Counted from the first letter of the stretch, positions 47,127-59,752 are shown. The stretch: 64,000 nt of DNA from Moniliella sp. 'wahieum' (GCA_003971905.1 RSEE01000052.1:124001-188000); one strand, 5' to 3'. Made by a program: numbers and translations. The notes: generated by a model not told the origin, from the sequence alone.

Positions 47127-48741
47127 ATGTGTCCAGCAGTCAGTTCCGACTTCCGCGTCCTCGCCATCTCTTGTCCTACCCGCGTCAAGCCTTGGCTGTG
47201 GACTGCCACCACCACCACCACTCCTTTCGCCCACCCGTCGCCCAGCATGTCCCGCCTTCATTTGCCTCATCATCTGCCTCATCCTTCGCTGTCAGTCGGT
47301 GTACCCGCCCCTGCACCGGCACAGAATGAACACATCGCCGAGCACATCACCGAACAGACGGCGTTGCCATCGTCAGTGACCATGGCACGCTCCCTCTCGG
47401 TGCCATCGGGTGCTACGCTTGATCCTTGCCCACAACTAAGTCATTCTCGCTCACTCTCTTCCATCGCACCTTCCTCGACCCCCGTACCCGAATGGATTTT
47501 GAAGACGAATACCAGGTGGATGTGATCAACCACATGCTCGAGGTGGAGGTACGTGTCTATTCCGGTCTTGTGTCCAGTGGATCTGCCCGCTAACGATCCC
47601 CTGTTTTGTGCCTACAGGCTGCCGCCATGCCTCAGGTTGCAATGATTGACACTCAGCCTCAAGTTGGGTGGACCATGCGTCGATTCCTGATCGACTTCCT
47701 GGTTGAGGTGCACCTGAATTACAACATGGGCTGCGAGTCAGTTCTGTACCAGGCGGTCAACTTGGTAGATCGCTACATGTCCAAGCGGGTCGTGCTGCGC
47801 AAGCACTACCAACTCATGGCGTGCTGCGCACTTCTCATTGCCAGCAAGTACGACAACGCGAAGGCTCACCGACCTTCATTGCAGCACTGCCGCGAAATGT
47901 GCCAAGACGCGTTCGATGACAAATCTTTCATCCAGATGAGCCAGCACATCCTTTCCACCTTGTCCTGGAGACTGGGCCAACCGACAGTGAGCGACTGGAT
48001 TTCGTTGAAGTGCCAAAAGCTTCACGATCCTGTGGAGGTTGAATGTGTGGCTCATTACTTAGCCCAACTCAGTCTCTACCATCGCGCGTTCGTCGGACTC
48101 TCTTCGGCATCATTAATAGGGGCATCCACCCTATTGCTCGGGCGATCTGTGGAATTGAAGGTGCTTCAACCCCAAGCCCTTCTAATACCCCTGCGACGGA
48201 TAAGTTGGCAGTCGACATGTTGAGTCGTCTGGTGATGGATCCTTTGAGCGAGACCCCTCTTTGCTCATCCAAAAATTTTCTAGTCCCCAGCGGGCCAAGG
48301 CAGCGTACCTGGTACGGAAGTACGCTTCTGAAAGATTGGCGCGTCCGGCCTTGCAACAGCATCTTGTATTGGAACCCTCGCATACTGTTGGGGGTCTCGT
48401 CTCGCCTGTACCCTCTGCCATGGTTCCCACCTCATCCCGTCAATCTTCCATCTTGCTCATGCTCTGTCCATGACCTCGAGTGGGAGCTCCATTCCAGCTA
48501 CACCTGCCAGGAATGTGGACATGTCCTCGGGCGGCGTCCCTGTTATTGCATCCGGGCATCACCACACGCTCCATGGATGCTGCCTGCCCCCGCTGCAATG
48601 CCTATGCACATCGACGGAGCGCTTTCCTTCAAAACGCATCCTCCAACCGCTGAACTTCAACCACACCATCTTTACCATCACCGCCACAGCGCGTCGGGTC
48701 AAGCCGCTGCACCTGTTGCATTTCCCCATCAGACGGCCTGA
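47127..48741 (+). CDS. G1/S cyclin (Cln1/Puc1-like)
   Basis: Cyclin box MIDTQPQVGWTMRRFLIDFLVEVH, AVNLVDRYMSKRVVLRKHYQL, ALLIASKY. Intron 47549-47617. Start and end approximate. Confidence 0.85.
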
Positions 48742-50206
48742 TCTACGTATTCTTCCATTGGCAAGCGCTTCAAGCTCCTACAGGCTCTTACACTCAGTTT
48801 TTTTTTGTCGTGTCTTCCCTCTTCCGTCGTCACATATCACCCTCTCAGATCTCAGATCTCAGATCTCACCTTCTCTAGCTGCTGCACACCCTAATCACAG
48901 CGCAATCAAGACCTGTCTAGTGCAAACAATCACTACTGCACGTTGCACTTACACCCGTCCTTTAGTGCATACAATCCTTACCCTCTCGTGCCTTTCCATC
49001 GACCATCCTTGGAACCCTCACATGTCACAGTTTCTCACTATACTACTCTCGTCGCGCTCCTTCCTAATCACTCCGATTCGCGTCCTAGGGCCTCAACGTA
49101 CAAAACAATCACAACGTATTAACCCCCGTTTCCCGTTTCCCCTTTCATGCCTGTGCCACATGCGTTTCCTCCACACTCCACTCACCGTCCTGCAAGTTCT
49201 TTTTTTTTTCCCGTCGGTCCCCATGGCCGCCCTTGTGTTCGGCCACAGACACACTGCCTCTCATGCCTTTTGATCCTCTGTATTCCATCTTTGGCTGGGA
49301 ACTCTCCAGCATGTTCTTGTCTGAGATCTGTTCTTTTTGTTCTGTGCTTCCTGTCGTCACTAAGATCTTCCCATCTTGTCGATCGTCGGTCGTGAATATT
49401 GAATCTGTAGGTTGAATGTCGAGCAAACACCGCCATTTACCTCGTCCCCCCCCCCCCCCCCCCGCCCACACACACATCAGACCTGTCTCAGGGCTTTGGC
49501 ACCTCTCTTTTGATGCTTGAATTTACAACTCTCCAGTATAGATAACCATCTGGCGACGCGATTCTAGTCGACTTGGACTGCCAAACTGGCGATGCTCACA
49601 CAGCGGAACATGTAGAGATCCGGAGCTGGAACCCGCGAACACGGGGCATACCAGGCGTGCATAATGCCTCCATGAGGCCTGAGGGCCTGAGGCCAGCCTG
49701 AGGTCAATTTGCAGATACGAAGGGCAGGCAAATTCCGTCCCACACTGCGACGCCATGCATCGTGGAGTCAGTCGGTCGTAGCGGGGGGCCAAAAACCAAA
49801 GGAATGGAAACAAGGCCACTAGGGTGGAGCCAAAAAGCAGAAATAATTGCGCCGACGTGGGTGGTGTGGGTGCATATCCTATGGGCCACCAGGGCAGTCT
49901 ATGTCCCGCTGGGGCCCCCAGTTGGGCGATGGCCTCCCTGGCGGCAACGCCTCTTCATCTGAGCATCAAGCTTCAGCTTCGAGTACACAGCCGGGCGGCC
50001 TCAAGGTAAGCGGATGCTCCGGACACGGATGCTATGTCGTGGGCATACGATGGGTGGATTGCCAACCCAAGACGCCGACACCGAGTCCCTTCCATCCTGC
50101 CTGGACTCTCCTGGCTCCACCCGCCAACGCCGGAGCAGCGGGACAAAGTGGATTCGAACGTGGCGAAGCTGACTCTTCCCTGTGTGTTGGCAGGAACCGA
50201 TTCGCA

Positions 50207-50787
50207 ATGCTGCAGATTTACAAGGACATTGAGATCCCCGTCCCTGCCGATGTGGAGGTTAAGGTCGCCTCGCGCGACGTGTGGGTCAAGGGTCCCCGGG
50301 GCGAGCTGAGCAAGTCGCTCAAGCACCTCAACATGGAGGTGCGCCTGGTCAAGACTCCAAGAGCACCAAGGTGCGCTTTGTGGTTTGGCACGGCGGGCGG
50401 AAACACGTTGCGTGCCTGCGTACCGCTGCCTCGGTTGTGGCCAACATGATCAAGGGCGTGACAAAGGGGTTCCAATACAAGGTCCGTGCGGTCTATGCCC
50501 ATTTCCCCGTCAACCTGATCATTGCAGGTGACAAGCGTGCTGTGGAGATCCGTAACTTCCTGGGAGAGAAGCGGGTACGCCACGTGCCCATGCGCGAAGG
50601 CGTGACGATCACGGAGGACAAGGCACAGAAGGACCAAGTGCTGATCGAGGGAAACGACATCAACGCCGTCTCCCAGTCGGCTGCTGACATGCACGGTGCC
50701 TGCCTCGTGCGCAACAAGGATATCCGGAAGTTTTTGGATGGCCTTTACGTTTCGGCCAAGGGCACCATCGTCCAGGACGATGAGTAA
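50207..50787 (+). CDS. RPL9: 60S ribosomal protein L9 (uL6)
   Basis: VKGPRGEL, NMIKGVTKGFQYK, YAHFPVN, EIRNFLGEK, KDIRKFLDGLYVS. One frameshift near 50360. 5'UTR intron 50006-50193. Confidence 0.96.
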
Positions 50788-50949
50788 GGAGGAACTTAGC
50801 ATCCCTCCATTGCTTGTCCTCCGGGAGTGAGGGGTAGGTGTCCCCTCCCACCCCCCCTTGATGGACTTCACAGTGAGTCTGCCTTTATGTTCTGCCTGGC
50901 CACTTTGGCCTGGTCGGTATCCTGATGCCGACTGCTGTCATCCAGACAG

Positions 50950-51065
50950 GTGTCTATGATGGTATCTAAAACGACTGCATGCGGCTAGTCCCCCCAGATT
51001 ATGTTGATACTGCCTGTAGCTCTTCAAGTGCGCGACAGACCGATAGCTAAGTGGCTCTGAACCAG
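50950..51065 (+). ncRNA. Candidate box C/D snoRNA
   Basis: Box C-like ATGATGG 50956-50962, D' CAGA 50995-50998, C' ATGTTGA 51001-51007, box D CTGA 51057-51060. Possibly inside a 3' intron starting GTGAGT at 50873. Target not identified. Confidence 0.45.
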
Positions 51066-51283
51066 TTCAAGATAGGGTGCTGATGAGGACAAATTAAGCG
51101 CTAGACAGTAAAGGCGAGCGAATGATGCAGGAACAGCATGCAGGGAGCAGGGGTGTAAGCTGGAGCCAACAAGGGCATTGGGGGCGGAGTGCTTTACTTT
51201 TCAGATAGAAGCAAAAGCGGTATGACGTGTGGGACAATGACGGAACGCGCTGGACAGAAGCAGGGGACATGTAGCGGGAAAAT

Positions 51284-53124
51284 TTAGCACGGGCAATGGC
51301 GAGTCGGAACAAACGGCAACGAGGGAGAGGAGTAGAGAGAGCAGGTTAAACGTTGAAGATCAACCACTGTCTTCCCTGCCCCTTCCCAGGAGGTGAATGT
51401 CCCTCTCTTCATAGAAGGGATCGAGACGCTGAGAGGAGTGTAGGCGGGCCACAAACAACGAACACGTCCTGGTATCCAAGGCACACGAGGTACGAGATGG
51501 GTTGGATGTGAAGCGATTCCATCGGGGAGATAAGAGCGGAAAGCAGGTGAGAGACTGATAACTTGGGGCGGCGCAACTGCTCGTCGGTAGTGAGCAGAGC
51601 TCATGACAAAAAATATTGAGAACCTATGCCGTTTGATGTGCCAACAAGGGGCGTGTTCCGATGGCCGAGATCTCGGCACCCCTTGTGTCGGAGGCGGGCT
51701 AATAACATGGCGTCGCACGGTGCCCGTTAGGCTGCCAGACCAGGGCAGGCCAGTCTGCCCAACGTGACTTTGTGGCCGGGAAGCAGCATTCTGGGCCAGA
51801 GTGGCACCCGATTGATCAACGCCACCTGACAAAGATGGCATCAAAGGCATGGAGCCCAATCCAATGGGACTGACTGGCCCTGGGCTAAGCAAACGTGGGC
51901 TTAGGGGGGCGGGACTAAGCCGATGTGGGCTGAGGGCGCCGGGAGGGATTCGGTTCCCCCCCGCCAGGCTACCTGCTTCGCCAAGGCTGCTGACGCCGTT
52001 CAAAGAGCCAGGCAGAGCAGCGAGTCCAAGAGGGGTGTGGGGGGGATTGCGCATCTCAGACGGGTGAAAGTAGCGCTCGGAAGGCCGCGAAGCTACATGA
52101 GGGAAATGCGTGGAGGGTAGACTGAGGGAGGCATGGTGTCCCGGTTGCGTTGTGGCACCCATGGCGTTCCCCGGCTGGGGAGACAAAGCGTTGGTCGCCG
52201 CCATCCGGACCGACTTGGTGTGCAAATTCTTCTTGGCCATCTCAGTTTTCAGCACACATCCTCGTTCCGCATCGACGAGGCGACCATTTAAGTAGTCGCG
52301 CGCAGACATGGCCTCGGCGCGAGTGCGAAACTTGGCAAACCCGATAATTTGCTCGTTGCGCATCCGCGGACCCGATTGCGTCCCAGCTGCACCAAGAGAC
52401 GGGAAAGACTCCTCGGCTGCTGGCGGCGAAGGGAATTTCAAGGAAGCAGCTTCGAAGCCGCGGGCAAAGACAAAGTAGTTGCTGAACTCACGCTCAGTAA
52501 CGTCCTCAGGAAAGCCAGCGAGAAAGACGGTGGTGATCTCCTCGTTGGGGTCTTGCTTGCTGGCCCGATTGGGCATGGGCCCAGGGGGTAGGCGTGCGGG
52601 TAGGCGCGGTGACCTGGGCCGGTAGGGCCAGGCATAGAGCCCTGGCCCATGTACGCGTAAGGATCGGCCTGAGGCAGGGGCGAGTGGGGGCTTGGCCGGC
52701 GCGCTGGCGGAGGCACGGAGGGAGGGAGGGCCAGGTGGGACAGGAGGTGGGACAGGTCGGGCTCCTGTTCGCCCCTGCTGGGCGCATTGGCCGCGGTACG
52801 AGAGGGGTCGAAGGAGGGGGCGCGGGAGTCAAGCGGGTGAGAGGGGGCAGGGGCAGGAATGGAGCGCGGCGGCGGGTCGAATGGTCCGACGGGATCGAGG
52901 CCTGGTTCGAAGGCGCGGACGGGAAGGGGGGCGGCACTGAAGGAGAAAAGGTCGTTGGCGCCCCAGAAGCGGTCGCCCGGGGAGGAGACAAAGCCTAGAG
53001 GCTGGGGCGCGTCGGCGGGGGGAAGCGTGGGTGCATCGGCGGGGGCATCAGCTGGGGCATCGGGGGGCGTGTCGGCGGGTGGGGCCGTGGGGGCCGTGGG
53101 GGGCGCATGGGGCGAGGGCGGCAT
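51284..53124 (-). CDS. Whi3/Scw1 (RBPMS-type) RRM RNA-binding protein
   Basis: EEITTVFLAGFPEDVTEREF, FARGFEAASLK, IIGFAKFRTRAEA, VLKTEMAKKNLHTK, Pro-rich N-terminus. 3' end uncertain. Confidence 0.8.
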
Positions 53125-53955
53125 GGCCTGGGCGAGGCTTGGGGTGCGAGGGAGCGAACGCGAGGCGCGCGGCGTTCAATAGCAATCACAAGCCCAGGTG
53201 ATGGTGGGGAGACGAAAAACCGGGTGCCACCTCCCTCGAGCCCCAAAGCTTAAACTGACGTCCGCCACGTTCCGATTGCAGCGGCGGCGCATCGCCAGTG
53301 TCGGCCGAGTGGCATGTGACATGTGACACCGGCATCACTTACACTGGGCGCGTGCCCTGGTACCTGGCTCTCATCGCTCTCATCCCCTGCAACACAGCTT
53401 CTTGGGCCTGCGGCTAGTTCCGCCTTTTCCGCTCTGATCTGATCTCGCAGCCTTGAAATGTGAAAACGACCCCGTGGTACAAGCCCGTCCATCCGATCCA
53501 CAACACCGTCGTCCGCCCAGTGTGCTTGTGATCCAGCGTTCAAGCTAACCTTCACCACGCGTTCCATCCCCGCGTGCTCGGTTGAAGACAGCATCAGCGC
53601 CTTTCAGGCAGGGTCAAGCACACTATAATAGTCAAGCGCCAAGCTTCAAGCCAGCTCAAGCTATCGAGCTAGCCGCTCATGCTGGTCCTGGTTCAGCGCC
53701 GGATGCAATCTCCCCCCGTGTGAGAAAAGAACAACCATGGTTACATGAACGTGATGCTCCACATCCCAGATGGTGTTGGCACATTCTACGCAAGGTTGAA
53801 CGCACGTTGATCCGACAAGCAAACCAGAAACACAGGACAGGGGTAGAGTGCGGATAGCAATTGAAAGTTGGTTGAGCATGCACTAAGGCCCCTAGGAGGC
53901 ATCCTGGGCAGAGGCCCCCAAGGAATGAAAAGGATTCATGTCAAATGGGAGAAAC

Positions 53956-54836
53956 TTAGGCAGCTTCCTCGGTTGCAGGCTCGGCTGGCGCTGGGCCGCT
54001 GCCTCGGGCGCAGCCGCCTCAGGGCAGCTGCCTCAGCCTTCGGCTCGGCCTCCTGCATGTCCGAGGTCCAGAGCGTCAGGTTGTCTCGGAGCAGCTGCAA
54101 TCAGCGTCGAGTCCTTGTAGCTCTCCTCGCTGAGCGTGTCGAGCTCGGCAATTGCATCATCAAACGCCCTGTTTGGCCAGGTGGCACGCACGGTCGGGGG
54201 TTGAAATCTCGTAGTAGAACACAGAGAAGTTGAGCGCCAGACCAGACGAATGGGATGCGTGGGGGCCAGTTCGGAAGCGGCCACGTCGGAAGCAGCCTTG
54301 TAAGCCTCGAGCGACTTGTCGGCACTGTCCTTGCGCGTTTCGCGGTGGCGAACTCGGCGAGATAGCGGTGGTAGTCGCCCTTCATCTTGTAGTAGAACAC
54401 CTTGCTCTGCTCTCCCGAGGCAGCCGAAGGAATAAGTGCTTGTCCAGCACGCTGAGAATGTCCTCGCACACCTTGGCCAGCTCCGTCTCAATCTTCTCGC
54501 GGTACGACTTGACCATAGCCACCTGGGCCGTGTTGCCCTTGCTCTCCTCCTTCTGCTCAATGGAGAGACAATGCGCCACGAAGCACGGCGGGCACCAATG
54601 ACGTTCTTGTAGGCGACCGAGAGCAGGTTGCGCTCTCAACCGTCAGTTCTTGGTCGGCCGATGCGACGGCCTTCATACTCTCGACCATCTCTGTGCAATC
54701 CAGGCAGGGTGAGCAATGGGGGACGAAAGCAAGAGGCGGGGCGCAGGCGCAGACAGAGAGGGACAGCACGTACCATCGTATCGCTCGGCTGCTCGGCGAG
54801 CTTGGCCAGATAGACATTGTCCGCGTGGGTGCTCAT
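53956..54836 (-). CDS. 14-3-3 protein (Bmh1/Rad24 family)
   Basis: [75 protein letters not shown]. One intron ~54692-54773. Several frameshifts. Confidence 0.95.
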
Positions 54837-55468
54837 TGCGGGGAAGAAGGGGGCGGTGGTAGTGGGGGTGGGGTGGGGGTGGTGGGGCGGGGTGAGGGAG
54901 AGGGGTGATGGGGGTTCGTGTTGCTCTGGGAGGCGGGTTGTACAGTCAAGGGGGAAGCGTCAACGGCGAGTGGCTGGCCTGGGGGCAGGCGCGGTATTGG
55001 GGCTGGGTGCTGGGCCAAGACTGGCGGGGTGCCTGTGCGAGAGCCCGAGCGAGGGCGGTGTGCTGGGATGCCAGGGCGGCGCTCTGGCTGGTCTGGGCTG
55101 CTGTGCGCGCCACTTGGGTTTGCAGGCGAGAGCGCTGAGCAGCCGAGCGTCGCCTGACTCCGGCGCCGAGCTTCTTGCGCTGCGTCGGGCTGCATCTGGC
55201 CTGCCCTGGCCTGCCCTGGCGGCCTCGGCGGCCGGCAACCCTACCGCCTGTTTTCCGCCTCGCCGTTCTTTCCGCCCGTCCAGGCCAAGCACTGATCACG
55301 TGACGCACGACCCCTGCCCAGCGCTGCGCCGCACAGTCTGGTCGCAGTCTGTGCGCTACGCAGATTCATGTCGTCGTGCAACTGAACGTTCAGCGAACCC
55401 GCACCACCTCAATATAGTACCGTGCATTTATTTGCTCTTGCTCTGCCGCCCCCGCCACCGCCACCGCC

Positions 55469-56630
55469 ATGAGGCTGCGAACACTCACCATCCGACTTCT
55501 CCGCCTGGCCCTCCTCCCGTTGGGCGCCGCTGCAGCGGCCAATGCTCTTTCCATCGGCTACGCCCACGCATCCCCCCCGCCTCTCTCCCACCCCGATGCC
55601 AACACCACCACCATCACCACCGTCACACCCCCACACCACGCCGCCACCCGTTGGGCCTCTTCCCGCCCCCACCCCGTCGTCGTTTGGCATGGCCTTGGCG
55701 ACAGTGCTCAGTCGGAGGGCATGGCAGATTTTGCAGATGCCCTGCGTGACGCCTACCCAGGCATCTACGTCCACCTCGTCGCCCTCGCCGACAGTGCGGC
55801 GGCAGACCAACGCGCCACACTCTTTGGCCAGGTCAACGACCAGGTTGCGCAAGCGTGCGACCAATTGGCCTCCGTCCCAGAGCTGCAGGATGGGTTTGAT
55901 GCGATTGGATTTTCGCAGGGCGGCCAGTTCCTGCGGGCGTATGTGGAGCGTTGCAATTCCCCGCCCGTCCGCAACTTGATCACCTTTGGCAGCCAGCACA
56001 TGGGCATTGCCGATCTTCCCGCCTGTGCAGGGAGACCTGCTGTGCCGCGCCGCGTCGGGCATGCTCCGCAATGGGATCAATACCGAGTACGCCCAAACCC
56101 ACGTCGTCATGGCACAGTACTACCGCAACCCGCGTCAAGCCAACGAGTTTGACGGTTACCTCGCTCACAACCGCTTTTTGCTCGACATCAACAACGAGGC
56201 CCAATTCAATCCGGCGTACAAGCACCGTCTCTCCAGTCTGTACAACTTTGTCATGGTCGTCTTTTCCGACGACGAGACGGTGGTGCCCAAGGAGAGCGGT
56301 TGGTTCAGTGCGTATCCCGTGGCGGACGGGGGCGAGGCGGTGGATCGACCGCCGGTGCCATTGCGGGAGAGTGCGATCTACAAGGATGATCTGTTAGGCC
56401 TCCATTCGCTTGATCGTCGTGGGGCACTTGTCATGGAAACATGCCAAGGCTCCCACATGACCATTGACGCTGCATGTCAAGTTAAGGTTTTAGGACGTTG
56501 GGTGGGCACCCCCAAGTCGGACCTTGTTGAATTTTTATGGCGCCTGCGGTCGTATGCTGAGCTATTTTGGCATTCATGGAGGCTCTTGGATCGGCCCATT
56601 GTTCTGGCCTCAGTACACCTGGCTGGTTAA
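55469..56630 (+). CDS. PPT1: Palmitoyl-protein thioesterase 1-like, secreted alpha/beta hydrolase
   Basis: Signal peptide, VVVWHGLGD, DAIGFSQGGQFLRAYVERCN, LITFGSQHMG, AQYYRNP, FLLDINNE, DETVVPKESGWF. Frameshift near 56030. Confidence 0.9.
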
Positions 56631-57225
56631 CCCAGACGGCTCGCGTCGCTTGCGCATCGAGCCGGCACGGTTTGGCAAGGTGGGCAATGCAGAAGAACCA
56701 ATTTCGTTTCCCCAGATCAACATTGACTATGACCCGGTCGAATTGTTCATTCTGGTTGTATTCCTTGTCGTCCTGGCGGTCTTGCTATGGAAGATCGTGC
56801 TTGCGGTTGTCTTCACCGTTCTCTTTGCCCTCCTGCTCCCCGGCTTTCTGGTGGGCGCAGCCTTGGTGTTACCAATTGTCTTGGTGGCTTCCCTAATCGG
56901 CTACGTGGTATATCTTCCGTTTGCTCTGATCGCCTCGTGTTTCCGCCGACGGACACAGCCGCAACACATTCTACTCCCCTACCATCTGACTTGGGACCCA
57001 AGACGTGCGGATACCTATGGTTCACTCGCTGTCGGACCTCCAGTGTTTGTCCACAGTCGTCAGGCCCCTCCGCCTGTAACGCACCCTCTCCCTCATCTCC
57101 AACCCGCTTCCTCGCAGCCATCGTCATCAACCTTGCCGCCGGATGTGGAGGCGGCGCCGCCAAACTACGACGACGTGGTCTTTTCTACCCCTCCCCCAGC
57201 AAATCCACTATATGAAGTGGGGTAG
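56524..57225 (+). CDS. Membrane-spanning ORF with PPxY motif, probably the C-terminal extension of PPT1
   Basis: Long hydrophobic stretch (LFILVVFLVVLAVLLWKIVLAVVF...LPFALIAS) and PPNY. No ATG at the ORF start; overlaps the PPT1 end in another frame. Confidence 0.55.
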   Translation: MLNFYGACGRMLSYFGIHGGSWIGPLFWPQYTWLVNPDGSRRLRIEPARFGKVGNAEEPISFPQINIDYDPVELFILVVFLVVLAVLLWKIVLAVVFTVLFALLLPGFLVGAALVLPIVLVASLIGYVVYLPFALIASCFRRRTQPQHILLPYHLTWDPRRADTYGSLAVGPPVFVHSRQAPPPVTHPLPHLQPASSQPSSSTLPPDVEAAPPNYDDVVFSTPPPANPLYEVG

Positions 57226-57758
57226 GACCCCCCTCCTCTTTCGTCGTTTCTGTATCTATATACGTTGGACATGTTGTTGAAGGTTGAGTAGACGTATATC
57301 ACGTTTATCTGATCTCTGAGCTTTCTCCTTTCGTCTCGGTTGAACTTATTTGTCTCACAGTTCCATCCTTGGTTTAGAACGTTCAGACATGGTGGATGTA
57401 GATCTGTTACCATCCAAAATCTTGCCTGCAGAGTTGTGTACTTACAACAGGCCTGAGCGAAGGAATGCCAGATCTACTATCATCATAGCTGCACTGAAAC
57501 AGGATAGGAGATGGCGGGGACGTATCAATGTGCTTTTATCCTCCTCATACGAATTGAAAACTTCCTGCGGGAGAGATAATACATGTGTGCACCGTTTCCA
57601 AACATGATCACCACAACCGGATCAATTTCTCCAGCAAGCGCCGACAGTGTCCCCAGTAACTAATAACGGTTCGTCCCCTGCCATGCATGTCACCTGGCAC
57701 TCCAACCAGACAACCGCATCATTGCAATGTCCTTCACCCTTAGCTCTACTTTCCATAT

Positions 57759-57852
57759 GTAACCCGCAAGATGAACGGTTCGGTTTAGACGTAGCGTTCC
57801 CCCTGTCCCAGCCTTAAGCTCTGTCAATGACATGCATTCGAAAGTAGAGATT
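57759..57852 (+). mobile_element. Short 3'-terminal fragment of CRE-type retrotransposon
   Basis: gtaacccgcaagatgaacggttcggtttagacgtagcgttccccctgtcccagccttaagctctgtcaatga nearly identical to 43547-43619. Confidence 0.85.
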
Positions 57853-58161
57853 ACCCGCAACGTTAGAATTAGGAGCAACGTTAGACGTTAGAATTACGCG
57901 CAACGTTGCAATTGCGCACAACCGCAACGTTTGTAACCGTGGAATCATGATGCGTGACGCGCATGACGTCTGCAAAATGCCCTATGTGACATGTGATGTA
58001 ACGTGCAGGCTGGTTGCGGTTGCCGCGTGGTTGTGCTGGTGGATCGTACGTTGAGCCCTTCAGGCAACATGCCTGCGTCCTTTAGCCACCAACCACCAAC
58101 CGCCCTACCACCTCCCCACCCCTCGTCTCTCCATCCATACCCTTCGGGATAGCAGAAGCGC

Positions 58162-59752
58162 ATGTCCAGCTTCAACAGCAGCACCCCCTCGGCCGCTTTG
58201 CTGCCTGACAGCGATTTCTCTGACACAGAATTCGTCGATTTTGACGCTGGCGTTATTTCGGCGATCTTTACTGTGGTTGGTCAACTGATTGCATTGGTCT
58301 GTTTGCAAACCCGCTCCGCATATCTTTGGTACGGGCACGTGCCAACTGGGCCCCACGCAGCCTTGCCCCTGCTGCCCCCAGCAGGACTTGCCGGCTGTAC
58401 CCACTTCAGTCCTTCGTGTGCTCATCCGTACGTGGAACGCCGAGGGGGTACGCGGGCTCCTACGTGGGGTGCGGTTGTGGACACTGCGCGCCTTACTCCT
58501 TGTCCTTCTGGAAATTAGTCGCTCACCCTTCGCTCATGCGACACCGTGCCGATCTCGACGCCTCTTTCAGCTCCCTAACTATGCCGAGTAACTTCACCAA
58601 CCTCACCACACACATCACCCCACCCGAGCTTGACGCCATCCTAGTCACGCTCCCTCCCACATACGACCATGTGTTTGATTCAAATGGCACCGCCATAATC
58701 AGTTCCATGTTGACAGCATCCCGAATCAACGAGACCTCTGGCCCTATGCCGTGTCTGGAGAAGAGATTCCCAATGGTTCACGAAATCGGGTCCTATTCAT
58801 GTGGTGGACATCCATGAGAATGGGGTTAATGAAGAACCACGCGGAACGTGAACGATGGCACGTGCCCATGGGCGATGCATCTCTTCCGTTTCTCGCTACA
58901 GTGAGTTTGGTCGTTTTCAACTTGGCCATGCTCCCAATCAGTATTATCACAACGCGGTTCGTCTCCCTCTTCCCTAATAGCCGCTGAGACTAACAAGTGT
59001 TCACCAGCGCCTATCTCTCCACTCATGCCTTACATATTCATACTCCATGGAAGAGCCTCAAGCTGCTACTGACAGAGCAAGAGCGTAAACGGCCCTATCT
59101 CCTCTGGACATTGTCCGGGGCAGCGTCCGCTTGGGCGATACACGCGATTGTCTTCGCTTTTTTCGTGCCTACGTTGAGCCACTGGACGTGGAGCAACGCC
59201 AGGATTTTTTTACGGAGCCATGTAGCCAAGTACGCGCGCGTGGAAACCGCATACTCGCAGGAGCTTTCTCGGTTCTTGAATGGTGACTCTGCCTGGTTCG
59301 AGCGTGCGCGGCTGTTCAGCGGCATTCGTCTATTGCTGCTGTTGGTGCTAAAAATGGCTCCCTATTGGCTACGTACGTTCTGTCTTTTGGCTATCGTCCC
59401 GCCCTTGGAGACCGCGATGGTACGATTGGCGAGTCAGGGGGCCCCGGACCCAGAAGAAGAGTCCTTCAGATGCATCACATCGAAGGGGACGAAAGCGGAA
59501 GCGAAACTGAGTTTGACCTTACCACGGGCGTGGAGGGAGGCACCCCGCTCCGCCCGGGCGTTGGGTGCAAGGGGTGGCTACTCCGCCTGCCCCCAAGGCG
59601 GTCGTGCTTCGCACTGCACGGCCCTACACTGGGCTGTGGAACTGCCTCGTTACTATGAGGCGGGAAGAGGGATGGGGCAGTTTCTACCGGGCTGGGGGCT
59701 AGTGTTTTTATGGTTTTTGTCGGGAACAATCCCTCATTCAACCGCATCATAG
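58162..59752 (+). CDS. Divergent mitochondrial-carrier-like membrane protein
   Basis: EGVRGLLRG and PLETAMVRL (PxExxxxR) carrier-like signatures, LPISIITTR, hydrophobic helices. Introns and frameshifts. Confidence 0.55.

Noticed and set aside
53956..54836. 14-3-3 pseudogene
   Set aside because: Residues are highly conserved and frameshifts are shared by all genes in the window, consistent with sequencing error.
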